From the human T2T-CHM13v2.0 reference genome, Homo sapiens, in the NCBI RefSeq assembly GCF_009914755.1, contig NC_060945.1: 64,000 nt of DNA; one strand, written 5' to 3'. Shown here piece by piece: positions 1 to 20,135 of this stretch (positions are counted from its first letter, which is position 1; the number at the start of each line of letters is the position of its first letter). Below the pieces are notes generated by a model. That model had not been told where the DNA came from. It saw nothing but the letters and a program-made list of their open reading frames with translations, and ran no database searches. The position numbers and the translations under genes are program-made.

Positions 1-1261
1 ACGGCACCATTTCCGTCCAGATTCATGCTCCAGGAAGAAAGGGTGCTGGAGGCTACAGGGGGGCCTCACAGCCCACGTGATCTCTGTGTTACATTCATTT
101 TCCACTAACAGAAATCAAAGAACATACCCTGCCATTCGGCCTGTGACAGGGGTCTTTGTTAACTTTGGGTCTTGCTAAAGTTCAGTAATGTCAGGGCAAA
201 CAGAACACAAGGAAGCTGAGACGTTCTCTGGCTTTCCGTTGCAAACTAGGCCTGTTGATGATGGTGACAAGCTTCTCAATCCCAGAAGCATGAAGCCAGC
301 AAGGCTGGGAAAGCACCTTGGGGGAAGGCTCCATCAGAAGAGAATCAACTTTATCAAAACTTGGTTTGCTCTATCACAGCAGCGGCATTTCAGAAGCATC
401 CTACCAAGTTGCTTGTTTCATTGATAAACTAAAGAAACCCTACATGTTTGGAGAGTTCTTGGTGAGGCCTGTTCCTTGGAAGTCGTCATGCTTGTGTGTA
501 TCTTAGAGAAGAAGAAAATTCCAGTAGTTCCTCAGTCAAATGGTGTAATCCACTCCAGAATCATTGCCATCTCTTCTAATATTCTGAACCAGGCACAGAG
601 AAAGTAGAAGCTCAGTGCATAGCTAAATGAAATTACCAGAGATTCTCAATGCCCCCATTTCCAGCTTTTCACAAAACCATTGTGCTCACATTAATAGCAT
701 CAAGGAAAGCTTCCTACTCTGTGAGCTCAATTAGAAACGTCATGTATTGTTAATGGTTTTGAAAAGGTGAAAACTTTCTTTTCCAGAGTCTTTTTCATCG
801 GAATGATAATCTTAGTACCTTGTAAATAGATGAGGTGGTTGATTTCATCACAGCCAGAATCTAGAATTATCACCATTCTTTTGGGATACAGTGAGAGCTT
901 TTTTCCAGCCAGACACAGAATGGGCAATACAGGTAAGGTCCCTGTTGTCATGGAGCTCAAGTTCTGTTAGAGACAGGAAAGAAAAAAACAATCAATAAAA
1001 CAGGAAAACTTCATAATTCAAAGAAGCCACGCACAGCTGTGAGACTATGCACAGGCACCATTCACACTGTAGACTAAGTGACAGCTGCCCCCGGGTTAAG
1101 CCCTGCCTTGCCTGGGCAACAGTACATGGCATCCCCACACAATTCAGATAATACAAAGTGCTATCAGGGAAATGTGAAGAAGGAAGAAGCTGTGCCAAGA
1201 TTGGGGGAAAAGCATTAGAGGCAGAGAGAGCAGCGTATGCAAAGATGCTGAGGCAGTCCGT

Positions 1262-2164
1262 ATAATTGCACCATGAAGAGGTCCCTGTCCTAATCTCTGG
1301 AAGCTGTGAATATGTTACCTTACCTGGTAAAATGGACTTTGCAGGTGTGATTATTAAGTTAAGGATCTTGAGATGGGAAGATGATCTTGGATTATCCAGA
1401 TGGGACAAATGCAATCACAAGGCTCCTTATAAGAAGCAGGCAGGGGGCTCAGGGAGTGGGAGAAGATGTGATCACAAAAGCAGAGGCTGGGCCGGGTGCG
1501 GTGGCTCATGCCTGTAATCCCAGCACTTTGGGAGGTTGAGGCGGACAGATCATTTGAGGTCACGAATTTGAGACCAGCCTGGCCAACATAGTGAAACCCC
1601 ATCTCTACTAAAAATATACAAAAATTAGCCTGGCATGGTGGCAGGCATCTGTAGTTCCAGCTACTAGGGAGGCTGAGGCAGGAGGATCACTTGGACCCAG
1701 GAGGCGGAGGTTGCCGTGAGTCAAGATCGTGCCGCTGCGCTCCAGCCTGGGTGACAGAATGAGACTCTGAAAAAAAAAAAAGAAGAAAGAGAAAGAAGGA
1801 AAGAAAGAAAGAAAGAAGGAAGGAAGGAAAGAAAGAGAAAAAGAAAGAAAAAAGAAAGAGAAAGAAAGAAAAAGAAAGAAAAGCAGAGGCTGGAGGGATG
1901 CCAGGATGCCAGGGAGAGGGCCAAGAGCCAAAGAATGTGGGTGGCCTCTGGAAGCTGCAAAAGGTAAAGAAATGGATTCACACTCCCTCCTCAACCCCCA
2001 GAGCATCCAAAAGAAACTGGCTCTGCTGCCATCTTGATGTTAACCCAGTGAAATCCACTTTGGACTTCTGACCCCCAGAACTTTAAGATAATATTATAAA
2101 TTTGTGTTGTTTAAGTCACTAAGTTTGTGGTCATTTGTTATAACAGCAATGGGAAGCTAATACA
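1262..2164 (+). mobile_element. ERVL-MaLR solo LTR (MLT1C/D-like), split by an Alu
   Basis: MLT1 hallmarks gtcctaatctctggaagctgtgaatatgttacc, aagttaaggatcttgagatggg and 3' end tttaagtcactaagtttgtggtcatttgtt...gctaataca. Confidence 0.8.
1490..1880 (+). mobile_element. Alu (S-type) with expanded A/GAAA tail; 15-bp TSD AAAAGCAGAGGCTGG
   Basis: ggccgggtgcggtggctcatgcc start, dimeric body; TSD at 1476-1490 and 1879-1893. Confidence 0.95.
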
Positions 2165-2495
2165 GATTCAAAGACAAAAACAAAACAAAAAGCAGAGAAG
2201 CAGGATCAGACTATGTGAGAAGATGAGCTCGCAGAAAGGACCAGCGGCCAGTTTTTCCATGGCCTGGCCAGCTGCACTAAGCATTCCGGGTTTTATTTTC
2301 AGGGTGAAAGGAACCCAATGGAGAGTTTCAAGCAGGGGAATTGCGGGCTGTGGTTTGTGTTTCCAAAAGATCCCACTGGTCCCTCTTAGAAATATGTGAA
2401 TAGGGACAGAGTGCAAAGCCAGAGGCGGTGAGCGGCCAGCAGTCCAGGTGTGAGCTGAGAAGTAGCTGGGCGGGGACGTGTTTGGAGAGTCAAAT

Positions 2496-2949
<454 letters not shown>

Positions 2950-3339
2950 TGAGAAATGACAATGAAAAAGGCAAGCTTCTGAGAACAGCTGTCTGTTTGG
3001 CTGGTGAGACGGATTGTGACTCTTCTTTGCAATTGGCCGTTGTACTAGTTTATGGCACAAAAACCCAGGCACAGTTTTCAAAGAAGTTGAGATGGGGTAT
3101 TAAGGGTCTGGTGGGTTCGATGTCACCCAGCACAAACTCATACACCCACGTTCAACCCGTGCAGAGGCTTTTCTTTAACAGGATGCAGAGTCAACAGTAT
3201 TTGCTAGTGAATTGGGGGTGTGGCAGGGTGACCAAAAAAAAAAAAAAAAAAAAAGAAATCTAAGTTAATTCTTTGGTTTTTTGGCTTACACAACTAGAAA
3301 GAAAGTGGAGTCACTTTACTGTGATAGGATAGGAGTAGG

Positions 3340-3490
3340 TTTGGTAGGAGAATTGAGTTATGTTTGGACATCTGAGGTTGAGATGCCTATTAGACATCTG
3401 AGTGAAAATGTCAAGTGAGCATCTTGACATTTGATTCTGAAATTCAGAGAAGAGGACTGGACTGGAGATACACATTTGCAAGTCCCCTAC
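3340..3490 (-). mobile_element. L2 LINE fragment
   Basis: gagttatgtttggacatctgaggttgagatgcctattagacatc matches antisense L2 text. Confidence 0.65.
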
Positions 3491-4176
3491 AAATACATGG
3501 ATTTTAAAGAAATCAACTTTATTGTGGTATAGTTTACATAAAATTATACACACCCATTTTAAGCGCATGGTTCAATGAGTTTTACTCAGGTAACCACCTA
3601 CAACAACCAAGATATAGAACAATTCTATCACCCTCCAAAATTGTCTCTTAATCCTTTGCAGTCAATCTTCCCCTCATCTGGTCATAGAAAACTACTAATC
3701 TGCTTTCTGTCACGAGGGATGGCTTTTGTCTTTCTGGAATTTCTAGAAATGGAATCAAACAGTACAACTTCTTTGTGTCTGACTTCTTTTGCTCATATAA
3801 TCTTTGTGGGATTCATCCCTGTTGGTGCATGTATCATTTATTTGTTCTTTTTTATTGTTGAGCAATATTTCATTGTGTGAATAAAACACAATTTGTTTAC
3901 CCACTTATCTGTTGAGGGATATTTGGCTTATTTCCAGTTTTTAGCTATTTTGAATAAAGCTGCTATAAACATTCATGAGTTTTTGTGTGGCATATTTTGA
4001 AAATTTCTCTAGGTAAATACCTAGAAGGGGCATTGTTGGGAACTTTTGATCTAGTTACCAAACTGTTTACAAGTGGCTGTATCATTTTACATTCCTAAGG
4101 CAATGTATGAAAATCCACTTAGCCCACATCCTCACCAACACTTGGTGTCGTCAGTCTTTTTAAATGTAGCCATTCT

Positions 4177-4470
4177 GGCCAGGTATGGCGGCTCATGCCT
4201 GTAATCCCAGCACTTTGGAAGGCTGAGGTGGGCAGATCACCCTGAGGTCAGGAGTTTGAGATGAGCCTGGCCAACATGGCAAAACCCCGTCTCTACTAAA
4301 AATACAAAAATTAGCTGGGTATGGTGGTGTGCACTGTAATTCCAGCTACTCTTGTTGAGGCAGGAGAATCACTTGAACCCTGGACAGGGAGGTTGCAGTG
4401 AGCCGAGATCTCACCACTGCACTTCAGTCTGGGGGACAGTGAGAGATTCCATCTCAAAAAAAAAAAAAAA
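4177..4470 (+). mobile_element. Alu (S-type) inserted in L1
   Basis: Full Alu body, poly-A tail, TSD-like gtagccattct / gtagtcattct. Confidence 0.93.
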
Positions 4471-5474
4471 GTAGTCATTCTGGTGAGTGCGTAGTGGTAT
4501 CTCATTGTAATTACAAGTTATATTTCCAATGACGTTGAGCATTTATGTGCTTATTGTATATATTTTTTGGTAGTGTCTGCATAAACCTACTGTCCATTAT
4601 TATTGAGTCAATTTTTTTTCAAATGATGAGTTCTTTATGTATTCTAGATGCAAATCTGTTGTATATTCTAGATACAAATTCATGGTGGTTATTTTTTTCA
4701 GTATATTACTTGCCTTTTTATTTTCTTAATTATGTTCTTCAAGGAGTAAAAGACTTTAATAATGATGAGGCCCAATATATCAATATTTTCCTTTTATGAT
4801 TCATGTGTTTCAGTCTTTGTTTCCTCCATCTGCTTTTAAGATTTTCTCATTGCTTTTGATTTTAAGCATTTTATGCAAAGGTGTGACTTTCTTTGAAATA
4901 ATTCTCTTTGAGCTTTTTAGTTCTTGAACTCATGGCTTGATTTTTTTAAAAAGCAGTTTTGGAAAAAATCTCATTCACTATTTCTTCAAATATTGCTTCA
5001 GCTTCAGCCACTTTCTCCTCTCTTTCTGGGACTCCAACTGTACTTCTGTTAGTCCTTTTTCCTGTATCTCTCATACTTTCTTGGGTGTATCCTATTATTT
5101 TGTTCTGTGCTTCACTGTAGATATTTTCTGCTGACTAGATTTCTAATTCACTAATCCTCTCTTCAGCTTTGCCTATGCTGCTGGTAAATCCATCCACTAA
5201 ATTGATACATTTAAAAAATAGATTTCTGCGGAGATTCTATTTATTCTTGGGCTGACTCTGGAAATTTATATTTTTCTGGCAAATTATATATTTCATCCAA
5301 AACTTCAAATTGTATTTCCAGAGTGACTTTTTATTTAGTTGATTCTATTTTTATTTGTTTTCTCTTTTGTTCCTTTCTGTTTTTGTTCTAAAGTTTCATT
5401 TATTCTACATTTTTAGTTTATTTTTTGGTTCTTTTGCTTTTTGAGTTTAATGAGTTCCTATTATTTTCCTTTTA

Positions 5475-5817
<343 letters not shown>

Positions 5818-6446
5818 TAAATTTGCCTCTAAGGTTCACATTGTCTGCATCCCAGAAGTTTTCAAATATATGGCAGTTCCTTTGTAATTTAATATCTTAT
5901 TATTTATGTGTTTTCCTCTTTATCCATATGTTACGTGATGATATACTTATTTTTTGGTTTTCAGATATATCAAGGTGTACAGACTATATTTTTGCTGATT
6001 TATAATTCAACTGCATTGTAGTAATGGAACCCAGTCTACATAAAGCTGATATTTAAAAATTTGGTTGGACTTCTTTTGTGACCCAGCACATGGTGAGTTT
6101 TTAAAACCGTTTTATGGACACTTATAAAGAATGCACATCATTTGTTGGTTAGGTGTGGGTTCTCTCCATCTATTTTATAAAGGTAATTAATTCTATTACT
6201 CAATTCTATATGTTTGCTTTTTAAAAAAATCTATCACTTTCTGAAACCTAATTCCTACCATTGTGGATGCCTCAATTTCTTGTAAATCTGCCTGTTTCAC
6301 TTTGAATATTTTGAGTCCATATACAAGCCCATGATTTTACTATCTTCTTCGCAGGTTGTTTCTTTTATCAAATTGTAGTGACATTTAATATCCTATGGAT
6401 CACCTGAAATTTCAGTTTTTCTTAGATGTCTGCATTTTAGCCTTAG

Positions 6447-6899
<453 letters not shown>

Positions 6900-6939
6900 T
6901 AAAGGATATTGTGATTATAGATATATTCAGATATTATCT

Positions 6940-7645
<706 letters not shown>

Positions 7646-8477
7646 TAAAAGTTTTTTCTTAAAGTGTTTTTTCCCACCTAGTTTTTCATTGAATGGGTAA
7701 AACATTCTACATTTGCTTTTATTAAAACAAGAAATGAATTTTGCTGCATTTCAATTTATAGATTTTACTATCCTACCTCGTGCCAGGTTCTGTGCTAAGT
7801 GCTGTATATATCTGTGATCACATTTAACTTTTATAACAAGCCAAATGAGCAGGAACTCTTATCTCTATCTTACAGACGAAGAATCCAAAGACCAGGGACA
7901 GTAAGTAATTTGCTCACCTGGTTTGCCAGCCTCCATGACACATCGCCGTCCAGTTCTGCCTTTAATTACCAAAGCACAACACGCTGCTTTGATTCCCCTC
8001 TCCTCGGCGCCAGAATTCAAGAGTGAAGTTAAACCGCAAGGGCTGAGTTAGAAGATTGGCCTCAGTTCCCTGTTCCCACCAGCAGGTGGCACCGTCTCCT
8101 AGCGGAATTCTTACTTGAACGTTTTGCTTCCATTTCTGCAGAGGCATGGTGAACACAGTTACACCACCAAAGTGTTCCTCCTGGCTGAGTTTGCCTATCT
8201 TGTTCAGTGAAGACAACCCATGAGGACAAATGGTGTTAATGAGAAGCTTTTGCGGAGTTACAGAGATCCTCGTATTTCTTTAAAATACACCTAATAACGT
8301 TAACTCTGCAATAATTTGTAGATCATGTTAAATCTTAGCTATCTTCCTCTTGCCACCCAGTGTGCTTCAAGCCACATGGTTCAGAGCACCATTTAATGTG
8401 AAACTCCAATTTTAAAACAAAGTGAACCTTCCTTTTACAAAACCATGAGACAAGTTACAGAGTAATGACCACCCACA

Positions 8478-8486
8478 TGACCTTGA
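8478..8486 (-). promoter_or_regulatory. Candidate ERR/SF-1 element (TCAAGGTCA) ~1.6 kb upstream of KCNE2 exon 1
   Basis: TGACCTTGA on + strand is an exact extended half-site; motif only. Confidence 0.35.
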
Positions 8487-8803
8487 AGTGATTTTGAGTG
8501 AGTGAGTGTAACTTCCGTGGCTGCCATTTAAATTGGATTCAAATCCAAATGGCTCCACCTCCATGTCATCAGACCTCTTGTGCCCTGATTCCCTTGGCTA
8601 AGTTCATAGTACCTTCCACATCAGGTTGTGGCAATGATTACCTGAGGTTAATACGATAAAAGCACATGGTAAGCACTCCTAAATGATAGCCAATATAAAG
8701 ACTCAGTTCTCCCAATTCCAAGGGTCCCCACCATGATAGAAAAGGATCTTTTGGTAAATAGAGTATGTTTAGCTCTTGCTAGGTCTTTAAATACTTTGCT
8801 GGG

Positions 8804-9105
8804 GGCCAGGCACCATGGCTCACACCTGTAATCCCACCGCCTTAGGAGACTGAGGCTGGAGGATCCTTTGCGGCCAAGAGTTTGAGACCAGCCTGGGCAA
8901 CACAGCAAGACCCTATTTCTACAAAAATAAAAATAAAAATTAACCAGGCTTTGTACACACTTGTAGTCCCATTACTTGGGAGGCTGAGGCAGGAGGATCC
9001 CTCAAGCCCAAGAGTTCAAAGCTGTAGTGAGCTATGATTGCGCCACTGCACTCCAGCCTGGGTGACAGAGTAAGACTCTGTTTCAAAACAACAACAACAA
9101 ACAAA
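8804..9105 (+). mobile_element. Alu (J-type)
   Basis: Diverged dimer with CAA-rich tail. Confidence 0.9.
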
Positions 9106-9264
9106 AACCTCAAAACCTCTTTGTTGGACTTAACTTCCAGCTCCTCCATGTAGTACCTTAGTACCCTTGCAGCCCGTTTCTCTTTTACAAGACAACAATG
9201 TTGTTATAAACTCATTTGGAAGTGGTCCCGTGGAGGAGTATTTACCAGAATCTAGCTTATTTAG

Positions 9265-9765
<501 letters not shown>

Positions 9766-10024
9766 CTTCCCACGTATTCTGGCAGGGAATGCTGTTGTCC
9801 CCCAAGCCTACCCTAAGAGGAAGACTTCTTCTGGGGAAAGATGTTCACTGTACCCAGGCCCTGCCCTGGCTGGAGCTGGCAGGAAGGGTCCCAGAGCAGG
9901 AACTTGTGCCACTCTACCCAAAGCCAGAGTCCCTGAGGCACACACCCCATCAGGCACCAAGGTGAATTCCAACTGCCAGTTAGTATTTAACTTTCCACAT
10001 ACGATTAGATTAAACATGTGGGTT

Positions 10025-10032
10025 CATAAAAG
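10025..10032 (+). promoter_or_regulatory. KCNE2: TATA-like box (CATAAAAG) of the KCNE2 promoter
   Basis: Lies ~30 nt before the inferred exon 1 start. Confidence 0.45.
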
Positions 10033-10055
10033 CATAGGATTGCAGACTGCAGTTG

Positions 10056-10200
10056 CAAGGGCTTAGATGGTTGTAAGGTGAAGGTGCCCAGCAGGCTGAG
10101 GCTTGTGTGCAACCCAGAAGAGAGCTCGCTAACGCCAGCAAGAAGGTTCAGAACAGCCTGGCTTTGGAAAGGAATTTCATCCTGCCCACACACTGCATAG
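10056..10200 (+). other. KCNE2: KCNE2 non-coding exon 1 (5' end approximate)
   Basis: Ends at consensus donor CATAG|GTAAGT (10201); unique sequence; matches recalled KCNE2 5'UTR joining to CAGGAGGGAAGCATG. Confidence 0.8.
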
Positions 10201-10415
10201 GTAAGTCTTAGCACACATTCTTTATTTTTTGAGGAATTAAGTAACAAAGTTATCTATGTGCCTTTTCCAGAAAATGATAAAAGGAATGATTTTCCTGGTA
10301 CATGGCCTGGCTCCTCATCCACTCTTCCTTCTTTCCTTCTTGTGTTTTCCTTACTCATTTCTTTGTTAATTGCCTTAGAATGAAAATTTTGAGAGTTTTT
10401 AAAATGGAGGATTCA

Positions 10416-10874
<459 letters not shown>

Positions 10875-11489
10875 TTACTTTCCTAATAGTGTCCTGATTG
10901 CTGTTGTCATGAATAACACACATTCATGACAGGAATGGCTGGAATTAGGGGATCATTCTGTAGCCTGGAAACAGGGCACAACTAATGACATGTGTAAGCT
11001 CAAATCATGGTCTTGATCTTATGTCTTGTACCCAGTTGAGCCAACTGGTCACAGCAATGAAAACAGTGAGTTATTGGAATGTGTGACCTCTGCTAGGACA
11101 GTCAGTGCTGGACACTGGCTTGGGTGATGTGAGTTCTAGTCCAGGCACTGTGGCCAACTTGAGAGGCTTGTGATCTTGGACAGGTGACTTAAGCCCTCTA
11201 GGCTATAGTTATTCCACCTATCAGAGAGCAAACCAGCCTAAATGATCTCCAGGGGCCCAGCCTGTGCTAGGACTCAGCAAGAAGCATTCACTGGAAATGT
11301 AGGTCCTCCTAGGTTGATACACATGAATTGCCCATATTTGACCATTTCTAACCTATATAAATGGCTATTTCATATAATTCCAGAGAACATAAATGGTAGT
11401 TGTCTTAGCATTACTAAAGTAAATGCCTATTATGATATTCTACTTAGGGGTAGGATAAGTATGTATACCAAATATGGTTTGTTTCGATT

Positions 11490-11772
11490 TGATTTTTGAG
11501 ACAGGGTCTCACTGTCACTGCTGAGTGCAGTGGTGTGATCATGGCTTACTGCAGCCTTGACCTCCCAGGTTCAAGCTATCCTCCCACCTCAGCCTCCTGA
11601 GTAGCTGGGACTATAGGAGTGTGCCATCACATCCAGCTATTTTTTTATGTTTTGTAGAGGTGGTGTCTCGCTATGTTGTCCAGGCTGATCTCGAACTCCT
11701 GGGTTCAAGCGATCCTCCCACCTCGGCCTCCCGAAGTGCTGGGATTACAGGTGTGAACCACTGTGCCTGGCC
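11490..11772 (-). mobile_element. Alu (J-type)
   Basis: Antisense diverged Alu. Confidence 0.88.
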
Positions 11773-12745
11773 TCCAAATATGGTTGATGTCTATCAGTCA
11801 GTTAAACAGTAATTCTGGGAATAAAAAATTGAAATCAACCCACTTATAATTGGAATGTCTTAGCATAATGTCCTTCAACGAAGCTGCTTTCACACACTGT
11901 GATTTGGTTTTTTCCTGTGGTCATGGAGCAGGCATGGGCCACTCGGCCACATCTCATGCATCCGTATTCAAAAGCCAAATCCCTTTTGGATCCTGTTTAT
12001 TTGGCCTGGCCACGGGTGAGCACTTAGACATTTAATCCCTATAGGCCCTTTCATCCCTGTGATTAAGTCTTATCAAAAAGCACCTCCTGACCGGCTTAGC
12101 AGTGGGGCCTTTGTTCACATTAGAAGGGTTGAACAAATAATGGGCAGTTGGGGCTGCTTAGCTCTAAAAGGCTGGTGAACGCTGCCATGCCTGCACCTGG
12201 AAACAAACCCAAATGACTCCAGTGGAATTCAGCACTGAAGTCCCTCATCTCAAAGACCTTTTGTGGCAGAGACTCTTGGATGGGCCTTAGGGGTCCCAGG
12301 AGTCCCCTGAAATTGAATGTAGAGCTTCCTACGTGCATAGGTATACTTTCTTGGGGAAAAATTAAGTCACATCATTTTATTTTACTTTTCGAGGGATCTT
12401 TAACACCGCCCCTCCCCCACCCCCAATTCCCACACCCCTTAAGAATAAATTAAGAATCACTGTTCTGGTAGTTTCCAGTTGAATTCCACAGAGGAACTGT
12501 CATTCATTCACACCTTCATTCAACAGATTTTTAGTAAAGATTTGCTACGTACCCATCGCTGTGTAGGGTCCCGGGATTCAGAGATGAGTAAAGCAATCCC
12601 TGCCTTCCGGGGGCTCAAGCTCTCCTGTCATCGGGACTCAGTTACTGAATCTCACTAAACATCCTGAAGGTAGGAGTTTATAGAGTGGTTTTGAGGATCA
12701 CATGAATAAGCACACAATACATGGGTAATTCAAAAACGAAAACAA

Positions 12746-13063
<318 letters not shown>

Positions 13064-14244
13064 CTAACATGGTCATTTGCAGAAGGGGCAGAAAAAGGGT
13101 CTCTGCCTAGACCTGGGGAGGTCAGGGAAAGTACTATGGATTGGTAACAACCGGCTGGGCTTCCTACAAGAGAAAAAGACTATACTCACAGAGCCAGACC
13201 CCATCTCAAAAAAAAAAAAAAAAAAAAGTCTGGCATGGTGGCTCAAACCTGTAATCCCAGCACCTTGGGAGGCTGAAGCAGGGGGATCACTTGAGCCTAG
13301 GAGTTTAACAACATAGTGAGACCTCATCACTACTTTTTTATTTTAAAAAAGAGTTAATAAAAAATAAAATGAAAATAAAAGGGTAAAAGAGCCAGTGGCA
13401 AAGTCTTGAGTGGATTAAAGCCAGCTCAGCTAACTTTCACAGCAGACTATATCATTTTAAAGGGGAAAAAGCACATCTCTGTTACATTGCTTAGGAAATA
13501 TGCTTGGTATATACCCTGGGGCAATCTTATCTATTTGTTAAGTTTCCTTCCAACCCACTAGCCTGTGTGGCCAGGAGAGGGAGACAAAGATCTTAGAGCT
13601 CTCTAAATAATAGAACTTAAAACATCAGACAGAGAAGAGTATATTATCTTGGTGATGGTAATTCTCAATGAGGAAAATCCTGGGGAGGGATGTTCTGTGG
13701 GAGAATGCCTGCAAGTTTATTTGTTTAGTAGGTTTGATTATTCAGCTGATTGAAATTCCTTTCCCAGATGGGGAGATCTGATTCTCTTTTCATGAAGGAA
13801 AGAAAAGTCACATGCTAAAGAGACGGGCATGTCTTTAGAACGGCAGCAGGCAAACCCACTGCTGGGATCCTGGGGCTTTTACTAGTGGCTAGTCACAGGT
13901 TTACCTCCTGCCTGTGCTCCTTCTAGCTGTGTTGAAACCCACTTGCCCCATCTATGAACCGTGTTCAGCTCCATTTTCTGAGCCCCCTTATCTTTTTGTC
14001 CATACCTGTTGCAACTCTTTGCACGTTGCATTGTCATTGATTTGGTCTCTCCCATTCAACTGAGCCTCTCACAGAGTTCCTGTCACCTCTGCAGTTTCAT
14101 CGCCTAGCATAGTACCTGGCACTTTAATTCATGCATCAAATGTCCATTGAGTGCCTTCTATGTGTTAGACATCTGCTATACCGAGCTAGACAAAGTTGGC
14201 AGACATGACAGCCGAGTGGAAAAGATGAGCCCCTAAACCAATAA

Positions 14245-14245
<1 letters not shown>

Positions 14246-14317
<72 letters not shown>

Positions 14318-14357
14318 TATATATATGTATGTTATATATATGTATGTATGTATGTAT
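14246..14357. repeat. Compound (CA)n(TA)n(TATG)n microsatellite
   Basis: Directly visible. Confidence 0.95.
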
Positions 14358-14368
14358 TAAAAAATCTT

Positions 14369-14879
<511 letters not shown>

Positions 14880-15317
14880 ATGAATATATACACACACATT
14901 TAGTGACTGCATATGTGATGTGTGCTTTTGAAGAAAAAGGAGATGCTGTTGGAGGAAAATGGTGGTGGTGGTGGGAAGTGATTTAGAGTAGAACCAGGGA
15001 AGTCTCAGAAGTGACAACTAGCTGGAACCTAAAGAACGAGGAGGTAGCAGGTGGAAGAGAAAGGCAAAGGCATTCTAGGTTGAGAGAATAGGATGTGATA
15101 ATGTCCCGAGGAAAGAGAGCTTACTGACAGGGAGGGAAGATGTCAGGTGTGACCGAACTGTAGTGAGCAAAGGGTAACTGAGGAGGTGGTCAGGAGCCTG
15201 CTCAGCCAATGGGGTAAATACTGTTAAGGAATTAGGACTTGATTTTAAGAACAACCATCGCATCATTTTAAAAGCAAACAAATTGCACTATAATTTCCCT
15301 CTTCAAAAAGGCACATT

Positions 15318-15626
<309 letters not shown>

Positions 15627-15934
15627 CTATTCAAGGCAGAGAGGGGCACATATAACCCCAAAGAGATGGCTCTGGGGAGGGTTGTGTTGTATTACATTGT
15701 TGGCATTGTATTATCCAGGTGAGAGATGCTGGAGGCTGGGCGGTGCCAGTGGTGATGAAAAGGAGAGATGGATTTGAAACATAGGAATAATCTCTCAGAT
15801 TGTTTCTTGGCATCACTTACCTAAAATGCTTCTTTCAAATATAGATGTACACACCCCTCCCTTTAGGATACTTGGGACAATGTGCCACTTAGACATAGGG
15901 GATGGAACAAATTGGAGAGTCTGTCAATGCCCCC

Positions 15935-16103
15935 TGCAATCTTTTCTCTTGATGTTATCTCATAATGCCCCACAATTCTCTAAAAACAGAGAACATAAAT
16001 GAGTCATTGGTCCATTCCACTGACGTTTGTTGAGTGCTTGTTATGAATGTGGCATTATTCTAGCTCTTGTAAGGTTACCAATTTTTTAAAAAACAAAAGT
16101 AAT
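15935..16103 (+). repeat. Copy 2 of the local direct duplication
   Basis: Same blocks in the same order as 14673-14879. Confidence 0.85.
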
Positions 16104-16483
16104 GCAAGACTGCTGATGAAAATTTGGAATATGAGAAAAGCATAAAGAAGAAAATACATATCTTTAAGCACACCACCCACTGTTAACATTCTGATCTATG
16201 TACTTCTAATATTTTCTCCATTTTCATATGTACACATACATTTATTTACATGCATATATAAATATCAAAGTGTATATATATAATTTTCTCTGCCATTTAA
16301 ATTTTTACTGTGTAACAATCATGGATTGTAAAAAAAGTGAATAAAATGTACGCAGTCAGTTTAAAGACTAACAAAATATGCATTAAATCACCAGCCAGGT
16401 TAAGAAGAAATACTATTACTTATACCCTGGCATCTCCCTCCCACCTTTACATAGCCAAATCCAGAAAAGATCCGTTTTCCTAA

Positions 16484-16900
<417 letters not shown>

Positions 16901-17047
16901 TAAGGGAGAAAGGCACCAAGCTAACATCTGACGTCCAGACATGAAGAGATGCCAGTGCCACGAGGCAAATCCAAATTGTCTTTGCTTAGAAGAAAGTGAG
17001 TTCCTTGCTCTCTGTTGAGAATTTTCATGGAGATTATGTGGTTGGCC

Positions 17048-17178
17048 AATAAAGATAGATGACATTTCAATCTCAGTGATTTATGCTTGCTTGTTGGAGC
17101 AATATTTTGTGCTGAAGACCTCTTTTACTTTCCGGGCAAGTGAATGTCATTTTAATCAATATCAATGATGAAAATAAA
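17048..17178 (+). terminator. KCNE2: KCNE2 polyadenylation signals (AATAAA 17048-17053 and 17173-17178; another at 17414-17419)
   Basis: Canonical hexamers 150-520 nt after the stop codon. Confidence 0.6.
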
Positions 17179-17482
17179 GCCAAATTTGAAGTAAAGTGTC
17201 TGGGCAGTGGCTGTGGGGATAGAAAGGAGAGATTTACAAATCATTGAATCTTCTTTCTCATGAAACATCATTTGTGTGTGACAAATTCAATTTATAAATA
17301 ACCCAGATGTATTATGTAGAAGCTGAGGCTCAAAAGCTATCACTTGCTTACCAGACGGACATAGGAGCATTTATCTGTAATATTAATTCATGAGTGTGGA
17401 GTCTGAAGAGATGAATAAACAAACCATAAGATTACTTTACATTTATTGTTTTCCTGGCCTTTAACCTATTTAGAAGTCTTAA

Positions 17483-17732
<250 letters not shown>

Positions 17733-18194
17733 CTGAACAAACATTTCAAAGGACAAATAATCCATACCAGAGAAGTAGAGTATTTAAGAAGTACCCAGTA
17801 TAACAAAACATATTTTAAAACTAACATTTAAAGTTTTGCAGAAAACTAATCTTAAAAAGTTCTCATTATTTAAGAAAAAAAAATAAAAAGTTATAATGTC
17901 GCTTTAAAAATGTATTCTTTTAACTTGATTTAGTTTTCCTCTATTTATAATTAGTTGTTAGCATTTATGTTTAAGAAACTAAAGGATACAGAAAGGGTCT
18001 AAATTGCTGATGCCCTCTGAAGACCTAGACAGGAACTACTTAATATCTTGCACCATGTGGTGCAGGATATCATAGAATGTCAGGGCTGATCATTCTACTG
18101 TTGGCAGAGACCACTTCACTTACAGATGAGAGAAGGGCAGTCCACTGAGAGGAGACAATTTCATTCACTAATTCGGTCAGGCAACATTGACCTA

Positions 18195-18506
<312 letters not shown>

Positions 18507-18989
18507 CTAAACATCATAGTACAATGTGACAAGGTCCTAACAGAGATCAATGCAAAGGGGACACAGCCAGCCAGCACAAGGACAGGAGGGCATGCCTAAT
18601 GCAGGTCAAGGTCTTCTCTCTCAGAGCAGCTGAGAGTAGCAGGTCAATGGCAGCAGAGAGATGTGGGGCCTCAGCATCCCATGGCTTCATGCCTCCTAGT
18701 TTACCCTGTTCTCCTCCCCATGCCCCAGCCAAGGCACAGCAACGATGGGCAAGGCCTCAAGCCTCAGGGTGCTAGGACAAAATTTAGAAAAAGAGGCTCT
18801 TCTTCAGAGAATGCTTGTAGAACTCGTTATTCCAATCACAAGGTTTGTCTCTTTAAAATTACAGAGTGAGATATGTACAAGGTATCTACTTCCTAATAAC
18901 AGATTTGCAATTATGCCAACTGAAGCATTCAGTACAGTTAGAGAAAACCATCCATATTCCAAGAGCAGATGTAGGAAGAGTGGCTTCCC

Positions 18990-20135
<1,146 letters not shown>

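Noticed and set aside
8523-8553. Small imperfect hairpin gccatt(taaat)tggatt-ca-aatccaaatggc
   Set aside because: Too short and bulged for a miRNA or structured-RNA call; expected by chance in AT-rich DNA.
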